Source of the DNA: an uncultured virus (IMG/VR IMGVR_UViG_3300006120_000020)
Lineage: Duplodnaviria; Heunggongvirae; Uroviricota; Caudoviricetes
Strand: one strand, 5' to 3'
IMG/VR virus record: IMGVR_UViG_3300006120_000020
DNA: 64,000 bases
In this document: piece after piece, positions 40,524-49,882 of the stretch
Position numbering within the stretch: the first letter of the stretch is position 1
How the letters are laid out: each line of letters begins with the position of its first letter
Translations under genes and position numbers: made by a program
The notes under the pieces: generated by a model
What the model saw: the letters and a program-made list of their open reading frames with translations, nothing else
The model's database searches: none
Told to the model about the DNA's origin: nothing

Positions 40524-43093
40524 GAAAAGAAGTCCTCAATAGAATCAACGTGCTCTACTTTCCATCCAACTTGTTCAACAATCACACGAATCGGCTCAAG
40601 GAAAGTTTTACTGAATTGCATATCATAATCGATAAACTTGTGAATGTCAAATTCCTGCGGAAGTCTACCGGGAAAAGATATGACGTTATCTTTAAATGTG
40701 TTTGGCATTTTAAGATATGCAAACTTAACTTTCTCACCTTCTTGAATGAAAGGATACTTCTTAACCAAGCCTCTTTCTTTTAGATAGTGGTTGTACAAGA
40801 TTGCACCACGAACATGAATTGGTGTGCCTTTCTTGTACAAGGTCAGTTTATCGGTATAGTTACCAATGCCATTACAACCACGAGGGAAAGAAATATCTTC
40901 TGGTGCCAGCTTGTAGAATTCTTCACGGAAAGAAGCAACAAAATTTTGCACATCTTTTTCACCACCTGAAATCATGACCTTGACCAGTTCTCTCATCTTG
41001 GTACGAACAGCCGATGGTGTTGAAGATTTAATCATTTCAAGACCCATGACTTTCAAATCAGGTTCATTGTAACGAACACCTTCATTGTCGTATACGTTTA
41101 GAATGTAACGTTTCTTGGCTGTCCAGATTCCACGATCAGATAGACCCTCACGTTTCATACGCATTTTTTGTTTATACGCATGAACATACTCGGCCAATTC
41201 TTGGTACGATTTGTCGATGTAAGGACGAATACGATCTTCACAAACACGATCCATGAAGTCAATCACTTTGATCTTAGGCATTGCAACTGATTTGTCAACG
41301 CCATAGACCTTCAGAACCAATTCATTCAGTCGTAGGTAAATCGAATCTGTGTCTGATGCAATAACATAATCTTGGTCTGTTGTACCCAAGATTTTGTTCA
41401 TGTATGCATTTATTTTATTTTCAATCCATCTAATAGATAACTTGCCGGCTGATGTAACACCCAGAGCCATACGGAGATCGTAAAAACGGAAATACTGAGA
41501 ACCAAGAGCGCCGTACGCACTATTGAGACCAACTTTTTTAGCAAGCTGGATGTTGTTGTACTGTGCAATTCGTTTTTCGATTTCTCGGTGTTTTGATGTG
41601 TCTGGTTCATTTTCCAACTCCTGTTTGGCTGCCAACATCATCTTCTTAAATCGTTTACGGTCTTCATACATTTCTTCCAACATCTTAGGCAAGAAACCTT
41701 GTTTATCTGTACGGAAGAATTGACCGTTTGGTGTCAGGGTAACACCATTAAGGTTATCTGTGTTGACTTCCTTATTTAACATCTTATCAACCGTGACACC
41801 TTGAGAAATAACATCACGCATTTCTTGTGTGTAATCTTCTGGCTCAATCAGTGTTTCAGGACTGATATTGTATTGCATCATCAAGTGAGGATACAAACTG
41901 TCCAAGTCAAACGATGCAACCCAATCGTGAGCACCAGTTTGTGGTTCTTTCACGTATGCACCTTCAAACATACCGTCTTTTTCTTTGACGATACGTGGTG
42001 GTACGATGATGTTTTGGTCACGTAGATAACAATAAGTCAGAGCATCCCACATACGAGTTTGTGCAAACACATCTTCCATGTTTGATTTGGTGTCGTATGT
42101 CAAAGTGATGGCCAGTTCAATCAGCTTCAGTTTGTCATCAATACGTTCAACAAGCACAACGTCTTTGATGTTATACTCAATAAACTTTTGGTGATCTAAT
42201 CGATATAGTGCATGTAGGTTATCAAATTCTTCATAAGACAACTTATTTTCACCGATTTCTGATGAAGCGATTGCGTCCAAACGATAAGATTCTTGTGACT
42301 TGCCGTTAGGAGAATACCATTTGTAGAGTTCAATATAATCTAAGTGTGCAATACCAGTCAAGGTGTAACTGGTTAACATCTTACCGTTGACGTTGACTTT
42401 ACGTTCACCAATGAAATTCCATGGCGACAACTTCTTAGTGTCATCTTCACCAAGAATTTTACGGAAACGGTTTACAAGATACGGAATATCAAAGAACTCG
42501 GTGTTCCAGCCAGTCATAATGTCTGGATAATGTTGTTGCCAATATGTGATGAATTGTTTACATAAAGACCATTCATCTTTACACTTGATATATGTTACAA
42601 CGATATCAGGATTACTTTTATCTTTTTCACGGTCATAATCACCGCAACCCCAAACGACCATACTACGGCCATGTCTTTTCAGACCAATGGCAGTAATAGG
42701 TTCGTTTGCTTCGTATGGATCAGGGAAACCGTTTTCAGAACCAACTTCAATATCAAGAAAGTCAACATCGATCAATGACGGATCAAAGTCAATCATGCCT
42801 TTGTGTTGGTCACCAATAAATGCATACTCAAATCGTGTTTGACCATAGATCAGGGGCGCACCAGGAATGTCTTGGTAACGTTTAACAAAGTCTCTCGCTT
42901 CACGTATCGAATCAAACTTTTTGCGTTCTAGGGGAATGCCTTCAAGAGATTTGAAAGGTGTCTCTACTTTTTTGGTTGAAGGTAGAAACAAAGATGGTTC
43001 ATAATCAATCTTTAGCTTGACTCTTTTACCGTCTCGTATGCCACGGTAAAGAATACTGCCACCGAATGATTGAACATTAGTATAAAAATTCAT
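40520..43093 (-). CDS. gp43: family B DNA polymerase (gp43)
   Basis: DIE exonuclease, DLDSLYP, K..LNSAYG, DTDS. Confidence 0.98.
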   Translation of the reverse strand: MNFYTNVQSFGGSILYRGIRDGKRVKLKIDYEPSLFLPSTKKVETPFKSLEGIPLERKKFDSIREARDFVKRYQDIPGAPLIYGQTRFEYAFIGDQHKGMIDFDPSLIDVDFLDIEVGSENGFPDPYEANEPITAIGLKRHGRSMVVWGCGDYDREKDKSNPDIVVTYIKCKDEWSLCKQFITYWQQHYPDIMTGWNTEFFDIPYLVNRFRKILGEDDTKKLSPWNFIGERKVNVNGKMLTSYTLTGIAHLDYIELYKWYSPNGKSQESYRLDAIASSEIGENKLSYEEFDNLHALYRLDHQKFIEYNIKDVVLVERIDDKLKLIELAITLTYDTKSNMEDVFAQTRMWDALTYCYLRDQNIIVPPRIVKEKDGMFEGAYVKEPQTGAHDWVASFDLDSLYPHLMMQYNISPETLIEPEDYTQEMRDVISQGVTVDKMLNKEVNTDNLNGVTLTPNGQFFRTDKQGFLPKMLEEMYEDRKRFKKMMLAAKQELENEPDTSKHREIEKRIAQYNNIQLAKKVGLNSAYGALGSQYFRFYDLRMALGVTSAGKLSIRWIENKINAYMNKILGTTDQDYVIASDTDSIYLRLNELVLKVYGVDKSVAMPKIKVIDFMDRVCEDRIRPYIDKSYQELAEYVHAYKQKMRMKREGLSDRGIWTAKKRYILNVYDNEGVRYNEPDLKVMGLEMIKSSTPSAVRTKMRELVKVMISGGEKDVQNFVASFREEFYKLAPEDISFPRGCNGIGNYTDKLTLYKKGTPIHVRGAILYNHYLKERGLVKKYPFIQEGEKVKFAYLKMPNTFKDNVISFPGRLPQEFDIHKFIDYDMQFSKTFLEPIRVIVEQVGWKVEHVDSIEDFFS

Positions 43094-43401
43094 TAGCCTG
43101 TAATCAGTTGTTTATTTGGAAGCACAATACCTGAACCAAAGATTTGGTTGTAGTTGTCAATGAAGTCTTGTGCAGGTTCATATGAGTATACTACACTTGT
43201 TGGTGGTAAGTCAATAGTTGAATTCTTTGACTGTGGTGCATGTAGTGGGAATGGTGTAAAACCTACTCCTGGTTGGCCACTTGGTTGACGAACAATAGAA
43301 ACACCAACTGGATTTTTAATTCTGTAAGGATGTTCTGTTTCATTCTCAATTTCACCTAGAACTTCTTCACCTGTAATCAATTTCAAAATTTTAATTGCCA
43401 C
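43093..43401 (-). CDS. conserved hypothetical protein (Sm-like)
   Basis: KLITGEEV..YNQIFGSGIV. Confidence 0.75.
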   Translation of the reverse strand: MAIKILKLITGEEVLGEIENETEHPYRIKNPVGVSIVRQPSGQPGVGFTPFPLHAPQSKNSTIDLPPTSVVYSYEPAQDFIDNYNQIFGSGIVLPNKQLITG

Positions 43402-43511
43402 TTTACATACTCCTTTTAGATAAATAATAAAGAATTATATATGATTTTGTCTGGACTTGCAATAGGTCCGTGTTATGTTTGCCTCTGACAACATCATTTC
43501 CCTGAATAAAA

Positions 43512-44288
43512 ATGGATCCGTTAACATTATTTGCTTTAGCCAATGGTGCGGTTGCAGCCGTCAAAAAAGGTTGCCAACTGTACAAGGATATAAAAAGTGC
43601 TGCTGGGGACGTTAAATCCGTACTCAAGGACCTTGACGACCAGTTTCACGCAAAACATCCACCAGATAAACCTGCAACCGTTGAACAACGTAACCAATAC
43701 ATTCAAGAAAAGAATCGTATTGTCGAGCTTAATAAACGTGATGGTGAAACCGCAAGCATTTATACCGAACTTGGCGAACATCTAGGCACATACTATGAAA
43801 ACTTCTATAAGTGCATGGCTGTGTTTGAGGAAGAAGAAAAACGTGCCAAGACTGAAGTTTATACTGGTGATACAAGTTTAGGCAAACGTGCTTTGCAAAG
43901 AGTTTTGATGCGTAAACAACTAGAACAAATGTCGGTTGATTTACGTGAGTTGATGGTATATCAATCACCACCAGAACTTGGTGCGTTGTATACTGAAGTT
44001 GAAGCTATGATGCAACAAATGGGTTCAGAACAAAAGGTTCTGATTTCCAAGAAAATGCAAAATGACCATATAGCTGCAAAAAGAAGAGCAAAAAGATTAC
44101 AACAACTTAGAATAGAAATTGCTTGGGGACTTGCTGCGTTAATAATTTCTTGTTCCGTTGGATTTATGATGGCGATGGTTGTTGCGGATAGAATTCAAAA
44201 ATATCCACATTTAGGTGACGGGTGGATACCAATGACAGCACAAGAAAGATCAGAGGCCGCCAAGCCAAAGATTTACACAGGACGATAA
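43512..44288 (+). CDS. hypothetical coiled-coil membrane protein
   Basis: MDPLTLFA.., C-terminal TM; ATAAATA late-type motif at ~43420. Confidence 0.75.
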   Translation: MDPLTLFALANGAVAAVKKGCQLYKDIKSAAGDVKSVLKDLDDQFHAKHPPDKPATVEQRNQYIQEKNRIVELNKRDGETASIYTELGEHLGTYYENFYKCMAVFEEEEKRAKTEVYTGDTSLGKRALQRVLMRKQLEQMSVDLRELMVYQSPPELGALYTEVEAMMQQMGSEQKVLISKKMQNDHIAAKRRAKRLQQLRIEIAWGLAALIISCSVGFMMAMVVADRIQKYPHLGDGWIPMTAQERSEAAKPKIYTGR

Positions 44289-44399
44289 TGTTTAAAACCA
44301 CTTTAAGATGGTTGCACGATAAAGGAATCTTGATTGGAACATTAATAGTAATATTAGCATCGGCATTTGTATCAATTACCGGAATATTACTTGTTGAAA

Positions 44400-44600
44400 T
44401 TACTGTTGATTGGTGTCGTACACACCTTTGATTTTAGCAAAAGCCTCATCTTCGGCTTGCTGGTCTTCAATTACGATTGGAGGGGGTATGTATGGCTCTT
44501 TTGGTTTCTTTTTACCAAAAATAGATTCGAATGAATTTGCAAATTCATCTTGTGAAACACTAAACGGTCTTGGTGCAGACCCTTTGCCGCCATCACTCAT
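44400..44600 (-). CDS. hypothetical protein
   Basis: MSDGGKGSAPRP..IFGKK. Confidence 0.65.
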   Translation of the reverse strand: MSDGGKGSAPRPFSVSQDEFANSFESIFGKKKPKEPYIPPPIVIEDQQAEDEAFAKIKGVYDTNQQ

Positions 44601-44841
44601 TGTAGTCCTCATATACAAAAGCAACATCATCTTCGGTGACGATATAGAAGTCTCCTGATTTGACTGCACGGCTCCAGTCAACTAAAATAACATCACCAAC
44701 GGAAACATTTTCTACTTCTGGACCAATAGCAATGATTCTTGCAAAATCTGGTCCTTCACTTCTTTGAAGAATAATACCACCTGCGGTTTTATTATCTGAT
44801 TCTACTTTTTCAACAATAACTTTATTACGCAATGGCTTCAT
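44593..44841 (-). CDS. groES: co-chaperonin GroES
   Basis: KPLRNKV..TAGGIIL..AIGP..VGD. Confidence 0.9.
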   Translation of the reverse strand: MKPLRNKVIVEKVESDNKTAGGIILQRSEGPDFARIIAIGPEVENVSVGDVILVDWSRAVKSGDFYIVTEDDVAFVYEDYNE

Positions 44842-44855
44842 ATTATCCTCAATAA

Positions 44856-44931
44856 TGGATGCAGCGGCTGGATTTGCACCAACGACCTCCGAGGGTATGA
44901 ACCTGGTGAGATGCTACTTCTCTACGCTGCT
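44856..44931 (-). tRNA. tRNA-Met(CAT), initiator-like, atypical T loop
   Basis: cloverleaf, 1:72 mismatch, T loop TGCAAAT, encoded CCA. Confidence 0.75.
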
Positions 44932-44937
44932 ATAAAA

Positions 44938-45007
44938 TGGAGCGGCAAGACTGATTCTCACAGCCGTCATACGGAGGGCATCCACATGATGTTATTACGT
45001 TTGCCGC
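44938..45007 (-). tRNA. D-arm-deficient tRNA-Gly(GCC)-like RNA
   Basis: GCGGCAA/TTGCCGC-T-CCA acceptor, long anticodon stem. Confidence 0.6.
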
Positions 45008-45014
45008 ATAAACT

Positions 45015-45088
45015 TGGAGCGGGATAAGAGAATCGAACTCTTAACTCTAACTTGGAAGGATAGCGTTTTGCCACTAAACTAATCCCGC
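45015..45088 (-). tRNA. tRNA-Gly(TCC)
   Basis: cloverleaf, CCA. Confidence 0.92.
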
Positions 45089-45157
45089 ATAATCATTTTG
45101 AAATACACTAAACAGTATACTTCAAAATGACGCCTACATTATATAGGCGCCATGCCG

Positions 45158-46597
45158 TTACAGGACTTTGTAACGGTCGTCCATGATGGTTTTAAGCATC
45201 ACGGATTCTGGAGTGAATGTTTCAATGTCACCCGCAAGCATTGGCTTAACCACTGCTGGAGAGAAACCAGAAACCATTGCAACACCAGACTTGTTGAATT
45301 GGACTGGAGCGTTACCATAAGCAGCGTTCAAGTTCCAGAATACCACTCGTGGCAATTCGTAACCTGCTTCTTCATACTTACGGGCAATCATTTCGATTGC
45401 GCTTTCGTCATACTTAACACCTTGGTCAAATTGCATGTCGGACAAAATCAACAATACTTTTGGCATGTCTTTTTGTGCAACATTACCCTTACGAGCAACT
45501 TCCAAAATCTTGTCAAATGCCTTGTGCAAGTTGGTGTTAGCAACTTCACCAGTGTTCATTTGGTCAATCTTTTGATTGATGTTACCCTTTAGGTTTACCA
45601 ATTGTGGACTTGCACTGAAGGTCAAGAAAGTATCCTTGAACGCACCAGTGTTCTTGTCAGCCAAATACAATCCCAGAGAGATTGCAATGTCCAAACAAGT
45701 CAATCCAGACTTTGAACCATATCCGCCAGCAGCGCAGGTCATAGAACCAGAGGAGTCAACCAATGGTAGAATGTCTGCATCACCAACGTAGTTTGGCAAA
45801 GCGTCCCATTGTGCTTGAATCAACTCCAATTCGGTCTTGTCAAATTTGCTACGGCCATATGACGAGATACGACCTTTCAACACATCGTAAGGGAAAACAG
45901 CCGAAGCGTTAACCTTTACTTCAACTGAACGTTCAGCCACTGGCTTCACCAATTCAGCAACGTATTGTGCATACAATGGAGTGTTACGGTTGAAAGCCTT
46001 CTTGTAACGTGAAGACGCTACAGATGGCACATGCGAGAAGTTAATGGAATCCCAATCCTTCGCACACATTTGAGTTTCAACAACGTTAGTCAATTCAACC
46101 AAAGACTTACGGTAGAACTTTGGTGACATTCCATAGAATGTACGGATTTCTGCCGCAATCTTACCTTTACGTGGAGTCCACTTTGCAGCAAGACCATTAC
46201 GAGCACGTAGTGCATCGCCTAGCATGGTATATGCAACGGACTTCATTACGTCAGTTTGGAAAACAAAAATGTCATCCCAACGACCCAATTCAGGAACTTT
46301 TGCCAACAGAGCCTTACAGGCTTCAACGTCAGTCTTTTCCAAGTAACGCAAGATAGAACGGAAAGTTTCACGTTCACCAGAACCACCACGAATGTCACGA
46401 ACCCATGCAGCAACACGCAATGCTAGATCACGGTTTTCTACAAAGGCTGCTACGAAAGCAGGAGTGATATCTTTACCACGTGATGCACCAATGTTATAGA
46501 ACAAGTCTACAACGGCATTAGCGGTGGACTTACGAGCCTTCATACCGTTTGTGGTACGGGCTTCTTGGTTTACAACGGCATTCACAAAAGTGTTCAT
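45158..46597 (-). CDS. DUF2828-family helical + vWA protein (Ro60/TROVE-like architecture)
   Basis: RDIRGGSGER, GRWDD, AKWTPR, VDSSGSM (MIDAS), SDMQFD, FWNL, SGFS; GAAGGAG RBS. Confidence 0.85.
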   Translation of the reverse strand: MNTFVNAVVNQEARTTNGMKARKSTANAVVDLFYNIGASRGKDITPAFVAAFVENRDLALRVAAWVRDIRGGSGERETFRSILRYLEKTDVEACKALLAKVPELGRWDDIFVFQTDVMKSVAYTMLGDALRARNGLAAKWTPRKGKIAAEIRTFYGMSPKFYRKSLVELTNVVETQMCAKDWDSINFSHVPSVASSRYKKAFNRNTPLYAQYVAELVKPVAERSVEVKVNASAVFPYDVLKGRISSYGRSKFDKTELELIQAQWDALPNYVGDADILPLVDSSGSMTCAAGGYGSKSGLTCLDIAISLGLYLADKNTGAFKDTFLTFSASPQLVNLKGNINQKIDQMNTGEVANTNLHKAFDKILEVARKGNVAQKDMPKVLLILSDMQFDQGVKYDESAIEMIARKYEEAGYELPRVVFWNLNAAYGNAPVQFNKSGVAMVSGFSPAVVKPMLAGDIETFTPESVMLKTIMDDRYKVL

Positions 46598-46615
46598 TAT
46601 TAACTCCTTCAAAAT

Positions 46616-46786
46616 AACTGGATGACCGAAAGCTGTAATTTATTTTCTGGTTGCCATGTGTATACTTTCACAACCCTATTCAATACTCGCTATTGAAATC
46701 GATTCCATATTCTATGGACACTATCACCTTTCGGTGCGAGGCGTGAGCATAAGCTCAAGTTATTTTTGTTTTGCTGAATTCATCCA
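46616..46786 (-). ncRNA. stem-CAGCAA RNA 1 (Y-RNA-like candidate), multi-hairpin insert
   Basis: TGGATGA-ATT-CAGCAA...TCATCCA-GTT. Confidence 0.7.
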
Positions 46787-46793
46787 AAAAAAC

Positions 46794-46890
46794 AACAGGT
46801 AAGTTTTCTACTTTTTGATTAAAGTGAGAAATCGAAACTCACAGACGGGCTCGGATATGATCCGAAAATTTTTGTTGCTGAACCTTACCT
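46794..46890 (-). ncRNA. stem-CAGCAA RNA 2 (Y-RNA-like candidate), T-arm-like insert
   Basis: AGGTAAG-GTT-CAGCAA...CTTACCT-GTT. Confidence 0.7.
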
Positions 46891-46924
46891 AAAAACTTTC
46901 TTCAATGTTTCATAACAAGATGTT

Positions 46925-46976
46925 ATTGTATCACAAAAAATTTGTAGAGTCAAGCGACATGTTGTAAATATGCCAC
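46925..46976 (-). promoter_or_regulatory. promoter for the ncRNA2-ncRNA1-DUF2828 unit
   Basis: TTGACT-17-TACAAT with TG; degenerate palindrome 46961-46976. Confidence 0.7.
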
Positions 46977-46980
46977 AGTT

Positions 46981-47054
46981 TGGTGCCCCCAAGAAGAATC
47001 GAACTCCTGTAAGCGGGTTACAAATCCGCGGTAATACCACTATACGATAAGGGC
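46981..47054 (-). tRNA. tRNA-Thr(TGT)
   Basis: cloverleaf, CCA. Confidence 0.92.
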
Positions 47055-47058
47055 TATT

Positions 47059-47132
47059 TGGAGCGGGATAAGAGAATCGAACTCTTAACTAAACCTTGGC
47101 AAGGTTTCGTTTGACCATTAAACTAATCCCGC
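47059..47132 (-). tRNA. tRNA-Gly(GCC)
   Basis: cloverleaf, CCA. Confidence 0.92.
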
Positions 47133-47143
47133 AATTTGTGTCT

Positions 47144-47172
47144 ATTATATATCATTTTCAAACCTTTGGCAA
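47144..47172 (-). promoter_or_regulatory. sigma70-like promoter inside tRNA array
   Basis: TTGCCA-17-TATAAT. Confidence 0.6.
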
Positions 47173-47173
47173 G

Positions 47174-47250
47174 TGGTGCGGGTAGACGGATTCGAACCGA
47201 CACTACACAGGGTTTAAGTCTGTTGACTCTACCAATTGGCCTATACCCGC
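47174..47250 (-). tRNA. tRNA-Leu(TAA), short variable loop
   Basis: cloverleaf, CCA. Confidence 0.88.
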
Positions 47251-47252
47251 AC

Positions 47253-47870
47253 TTACATTGTTGGTCCGTTTCCGTTTTGAAAACCAACTTGACCACCTTC
47301 TTCTTTGATTCGTTTGATAACATCCTCAAAAAGGATAGGTCTAAAGTCTGTTTGTTCAACGCAAACACAATGATACCTAGTGTCAATTTCCGGTTCTTCA
47401 ACCGTAAATGGACGTGGATCATATTTACTAACCTTTTCACGTTTTACCGTTTTCATCACACGACCTGTGTGGAGATGTCCATGAATGTTAGTACCAAAGC
47501 GACCAAGACTATCCGGATGAATAGGAATATGTGAAAGAATCATTCCGTTCATTACATGATAAGCACGAAGCTCACGGAAGTATTGTCTATATTCTTCATC
47601 ACGGAAAATATCGTGGTTACCACGGATAAGAACCTTGTCACCGTTAAGTCTACTCATAATTGAAAGTGCTTTACGGTTAATCACTACATCACCAAGGTGA
47701 TATACTTTGTCATTTGGTCGAACTGTTTCGTTCCAACGCTTTACCATTTCCTCATCCATTTCAGCAGGATCAGTCCATGGTCGAATTTTTTCACCTGTGT
47801 TTGAATCGGTGAAACGACATACACCGGCATGGCCAAAGTGTGTATCACTTACAAGAAATACTGCTGGCAT
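47253..47870 (-). CDS. calcineurin-like metallophosphoesterase
   Basis: SDTHFGH, LGD, GNHD, HGHLH. Confidence 0.92.
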   Translation of the reverse strand: MPAVFLVSDTHFGHAGVCRFTDSNTGEKIRPWTDPAEMDEEMVKRWNETVRPNDKVYHLGDVVINRKALSIMSRLNGDKVLIRGNHDIFRDEEYRQYFRELRAYHVMNGMILSHIPIHPDSLGRFGTNIHGHLHTGRVMKTVKREKVSKYDPRPFTVEEPEIDTRYHCVCVEQTDFRPILFEDVIKRIKEEGGQVGFQNGNGPTM

Positions 47871-47925
47871 AATGTTTCCTATTCTTTACAAAACCATCAT
47901 TTTGTACATAATGGTTTACACTTTT

Positions 47926-48000
47926 TGGTCCGGCGTGAGAGAATCGAACTCCCATCAGAAGGGTAGAAGCCTACTGTATTATCCATTATACTAACGCCAG
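47926..48000 (-). tRNA. tRNA-Arg(TCT)
   Basis: cloverleaf, CCA. Confidence 0.9.
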
Positions 48001-48006
48001 AATGTT

Positions 48007-48083
48007 TGGTGCCCCAGAGGAGACTCGAACTCCTAAAATTTGGTTTCTAAGACCAACACGTATACCAATTCCGTCACCGGGGC
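48007..48083 (-). tRNA. tRNA-Leu(TAG), short variable loop
   Basis: cloverleaf, CCA. Confidence 0.9.
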
Positions 48084-48254
48084 AAAAATAAATACTTTGT
48101 ATCATGACACTTAAATCCGCAGAACCACATCTTTGGGAATTTGCCAAAGCACCACCATACAAAGAATCTAAATTCTCTACAACAGTAAGAGAGTTTACAC
48201 CATCTTACGCTAAAAGGCAAGCCGCTGAATTTGTGCCTACCGAATTAAAACAAT

Positions 48255-48328
48255 TGGTGCTCCCACCAAGAATCAAACTTGGGTAACATCCGTACCAAGG
48301 ATGTGTAATGTCACTATACGATAAGAGC
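48255..48328 (-). tRNA. tRNA-Thr(GGT)
   Basis: cloverleaf, CCA, A19:U56 variant. Confidence 0.88.
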
Positions 48329-48335
48329 ATTATAG

Positions 48336-48484
48336 GTTTTTGAGCGACTGACTATCTTTCTCAAGGACTCATCAGGTTGTCTCGTATAGGAGAGTTTAAC
48401 GACCTTGTGTTGCTACTGGTGTGTCAGTCTCAAGATTAGGGACCTAGCGCACATGGGACTCAATCCAAACGTCTAGCTCAAAAA
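48336..48484 (-). ncRNA. stem-closed inter-tRNA RNA cassette F
   Basis: TTTTTGAGC...GCTCAAAAA closing stem plus internal GACTGAC/GTCAGTC. Confidence 0.45.
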
Positions 48485-48485
48485 T

Positions 48486-48560
48486 TGGTGGGTCATCAGA
48501 GAATCAAACTCTGTTCTACCGGTTAAGAGCCGGTTGCTTCATCACTTAAGCTTATAACCC
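48486..48560 (-). tRNA. tRNA-Lys(CTT)
   Basis: cloverleaf, CCA, A19:U56 variant. Confidence 0.88.
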
Positions 48561-48656
48561 ATATAGAAACATTCTTAATCTCCAGCATACTTGTGGTAGC
48601 TAACCCACTTTCAACCTTCTCCGATCCTGCGTCCAGTTTAGAATGTTTGTATATGG
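48559..48656 (-). ncRNA. stem-closed inter-tRNA RNA cassette A
   Basis: CCATATACAAACATTCT...AGAATGTTTCTATATGG. Confidence 0.5.
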
Positions 48657-48730
48657 TGCCCACCCTGAGATTCGAACTCAGACTACACAGTGTTTGAAAC
48701 TGCTTCCTCTACCAATTGGGATAGGAGGGC
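48654..48730 (-). tRNA. tRNA-Leu(CAA), short variable loop
   Basis: cloverleaf, CCA. Confidence 0.88.
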
Positions 48731-48734
48731 ATAT

Positions 48735-48835
48735 AACAGGATCGTTTTTTTGTAGAGGGAATTGAACCCCCAAGGTTTGATTATAAGTCAAATTGGTCAC
48801 CATGACCGTACGTTTTGGTTTGCTGAACCGATCCT
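48735..48835 (-). ncRNA. stem-CAGCAA RNA 3 with tRNA-like D/anticodon(TAT)/T arms (YrlA-like architecture)
   Basis: AGGATCG-GTT-CAGCAA..GGTCATGGTGACC..TTTGA-CTTATAA-TCAAA..GGGGG-TTCAATT-CCCTC..CGATCCT-GTT. Confidence 0.75.
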
Positions 48836-48841
48836 TAAACT

Positions 48842-48917
48842 TGGTGCAACCCACAGGAATCGAACCTGTTTCAACGGCTCTTCAGACCGCCGCTATGACC
48901 ACATCAGCTAGAGTTGC
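48842..48917 (-). tRNA. tRNA-Phe(GAA)
   Basis: cloverleaf, CCA. Confidence 0.92.
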
Positions 48918-48925
48918 ATATTGAA

Positions 48926-49102
48926 TTTGTAAGCATGGGACCTCCTTCATTTCCCAACATTTTACCAGTATTTTCTTTAAAGCGGCCGACTGGTTAGAGG
49001 TACGTAGTAACAGTTGATACTTGGAGCGGGCACCATATCCCGTGTGGACTTCTCCTCACATGGTTTTCGAGGCCATGCTTTCTCAACATCTACACTTACA
49101 AA
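48926..49102 (-). ncRNA. stem-closed inter-tRNA RNA cassette G
   Basis: TTTGTAAG...CTTACAAA closing stem, several internal hairpins. Confidence 0.45.
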
Positions 49103-49105
49103 ACT

Positions 49106-49180
49106 TGGTACCTCGTGACAGGATCGAACTGCCGACCTTCTCCGTGTAAAAGAGTTACTCTACCGCTGAGTTAACGAGGC
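49106..49180 (-). tRNA. tRNA-Val(TAC)
   Basis: cloverleaf, CCA. Confidence 0.92.
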
Positions 49181-49193
49181 ATAAAATTTACTT

Positions 49194-49268
49194 TGGGGAG
49201 TCATACGAGAATCGAACTCGTGATAACGGAATCACAACCCGTGGTTTTGCCACTAAACTAATGACTCC
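49194..49268 (-). tRNA. tRNA-His(GTG)
   Basis: cloverleaf, G-1:C73, CCA. Confidence 0.92.
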
Positions 49269-49298
49269 CCAAAGCAAACTTAATTGCTTTGAATTTTT

Positions 49299-49790
49299 TT
49301 ATACTGCTTCTTGTTCTGCTAGAATTCGCTTAAGACGGTCAGCACAGAATGATGCAGCAGGTGCGTTTGGCTTAACCATAGGTGTCATGTTACATGTACC
49401 TTTGATATAACCAATCGCTTGTTGAACAACACAAGAAGAACCATGGTTTTCATCCTTGTTCAAGTCCAAGTGAACTTCTACATGACGGTCTTCCAACACG
49501 TCCTGCATTTCTTGGAACAATTCTGATACCTTGTATACTTCGGTCATCAAACGCATTGCAGGTTTGCTTTTCTTATGGTCGTAGTCGATTTCACGATCCA
49601 CGAAACCAAAGATTTTACAACCATGACGGCCATCAATATGAACTACAACCGCTAGAGCGTAGTCAGCGTACCAAACGCCGTTAATTCTAACACGTTCGGA
49701 GTCTGCACCAAGATAAATCTTAGTGTCTTGACCTTGAGCCAAAATGAAGTCTTTTACTTCTTGTATGTTAAAATCTTTCATATCAATCAC
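49299..49790 (-). CDS. RNase H-like YkuK-family protein
   Basis: IYLGADS..RLMTEV..EVHLDLN..AASFCAD. Confidence 0.8.
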   Translation of the reverse strand: MIDMKDFNIQEVKDFILAQGQDTKIYLGADSERVRINGVWYADYALAVVVHIDGRHGCKIFGFVDREIDYDHKKSKPAMRLMTEVYKVSELFQEMQDVLEDRHVEVHLDLNKDENHGSSCVVQQAIGYIKGTCNMTPMVKPNAPAASFCADRLKRILAEQEAV

Positions 49791-49802
49791 CTTTCTTTTT
49801 TA

Positions 49803-49876
49803 TGGTATCCCGTGAGAGAATCGAACTCCCGCCAAGAGATTTGGAGTTTCTTGTGCTACCATTACACCAACGAGAT
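49803..49876 (-). tRNA. tRNA-Trp(CCA)
   Basis: cloverleaf, CCA. Confidence 0.9.
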
Positions 49877-49882
49877 ATAAAC

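Noticed and set aside
11401..43093. Introns, inteins or homing endonucleases in nrdA, nrdB, thyX, gp41, uvsX or gp43
   Set aside because: All ORFs are continuous with normal lengths. The only GIY-YIG protein is short and DenA-like.
48355..48376. CTGATGAG..GAAA hammerhead-like core on the minus strand
   Set aside because: Stem II does not close (no GGAC before GAAA) and there are no stems I/III with a cleavage triplet.
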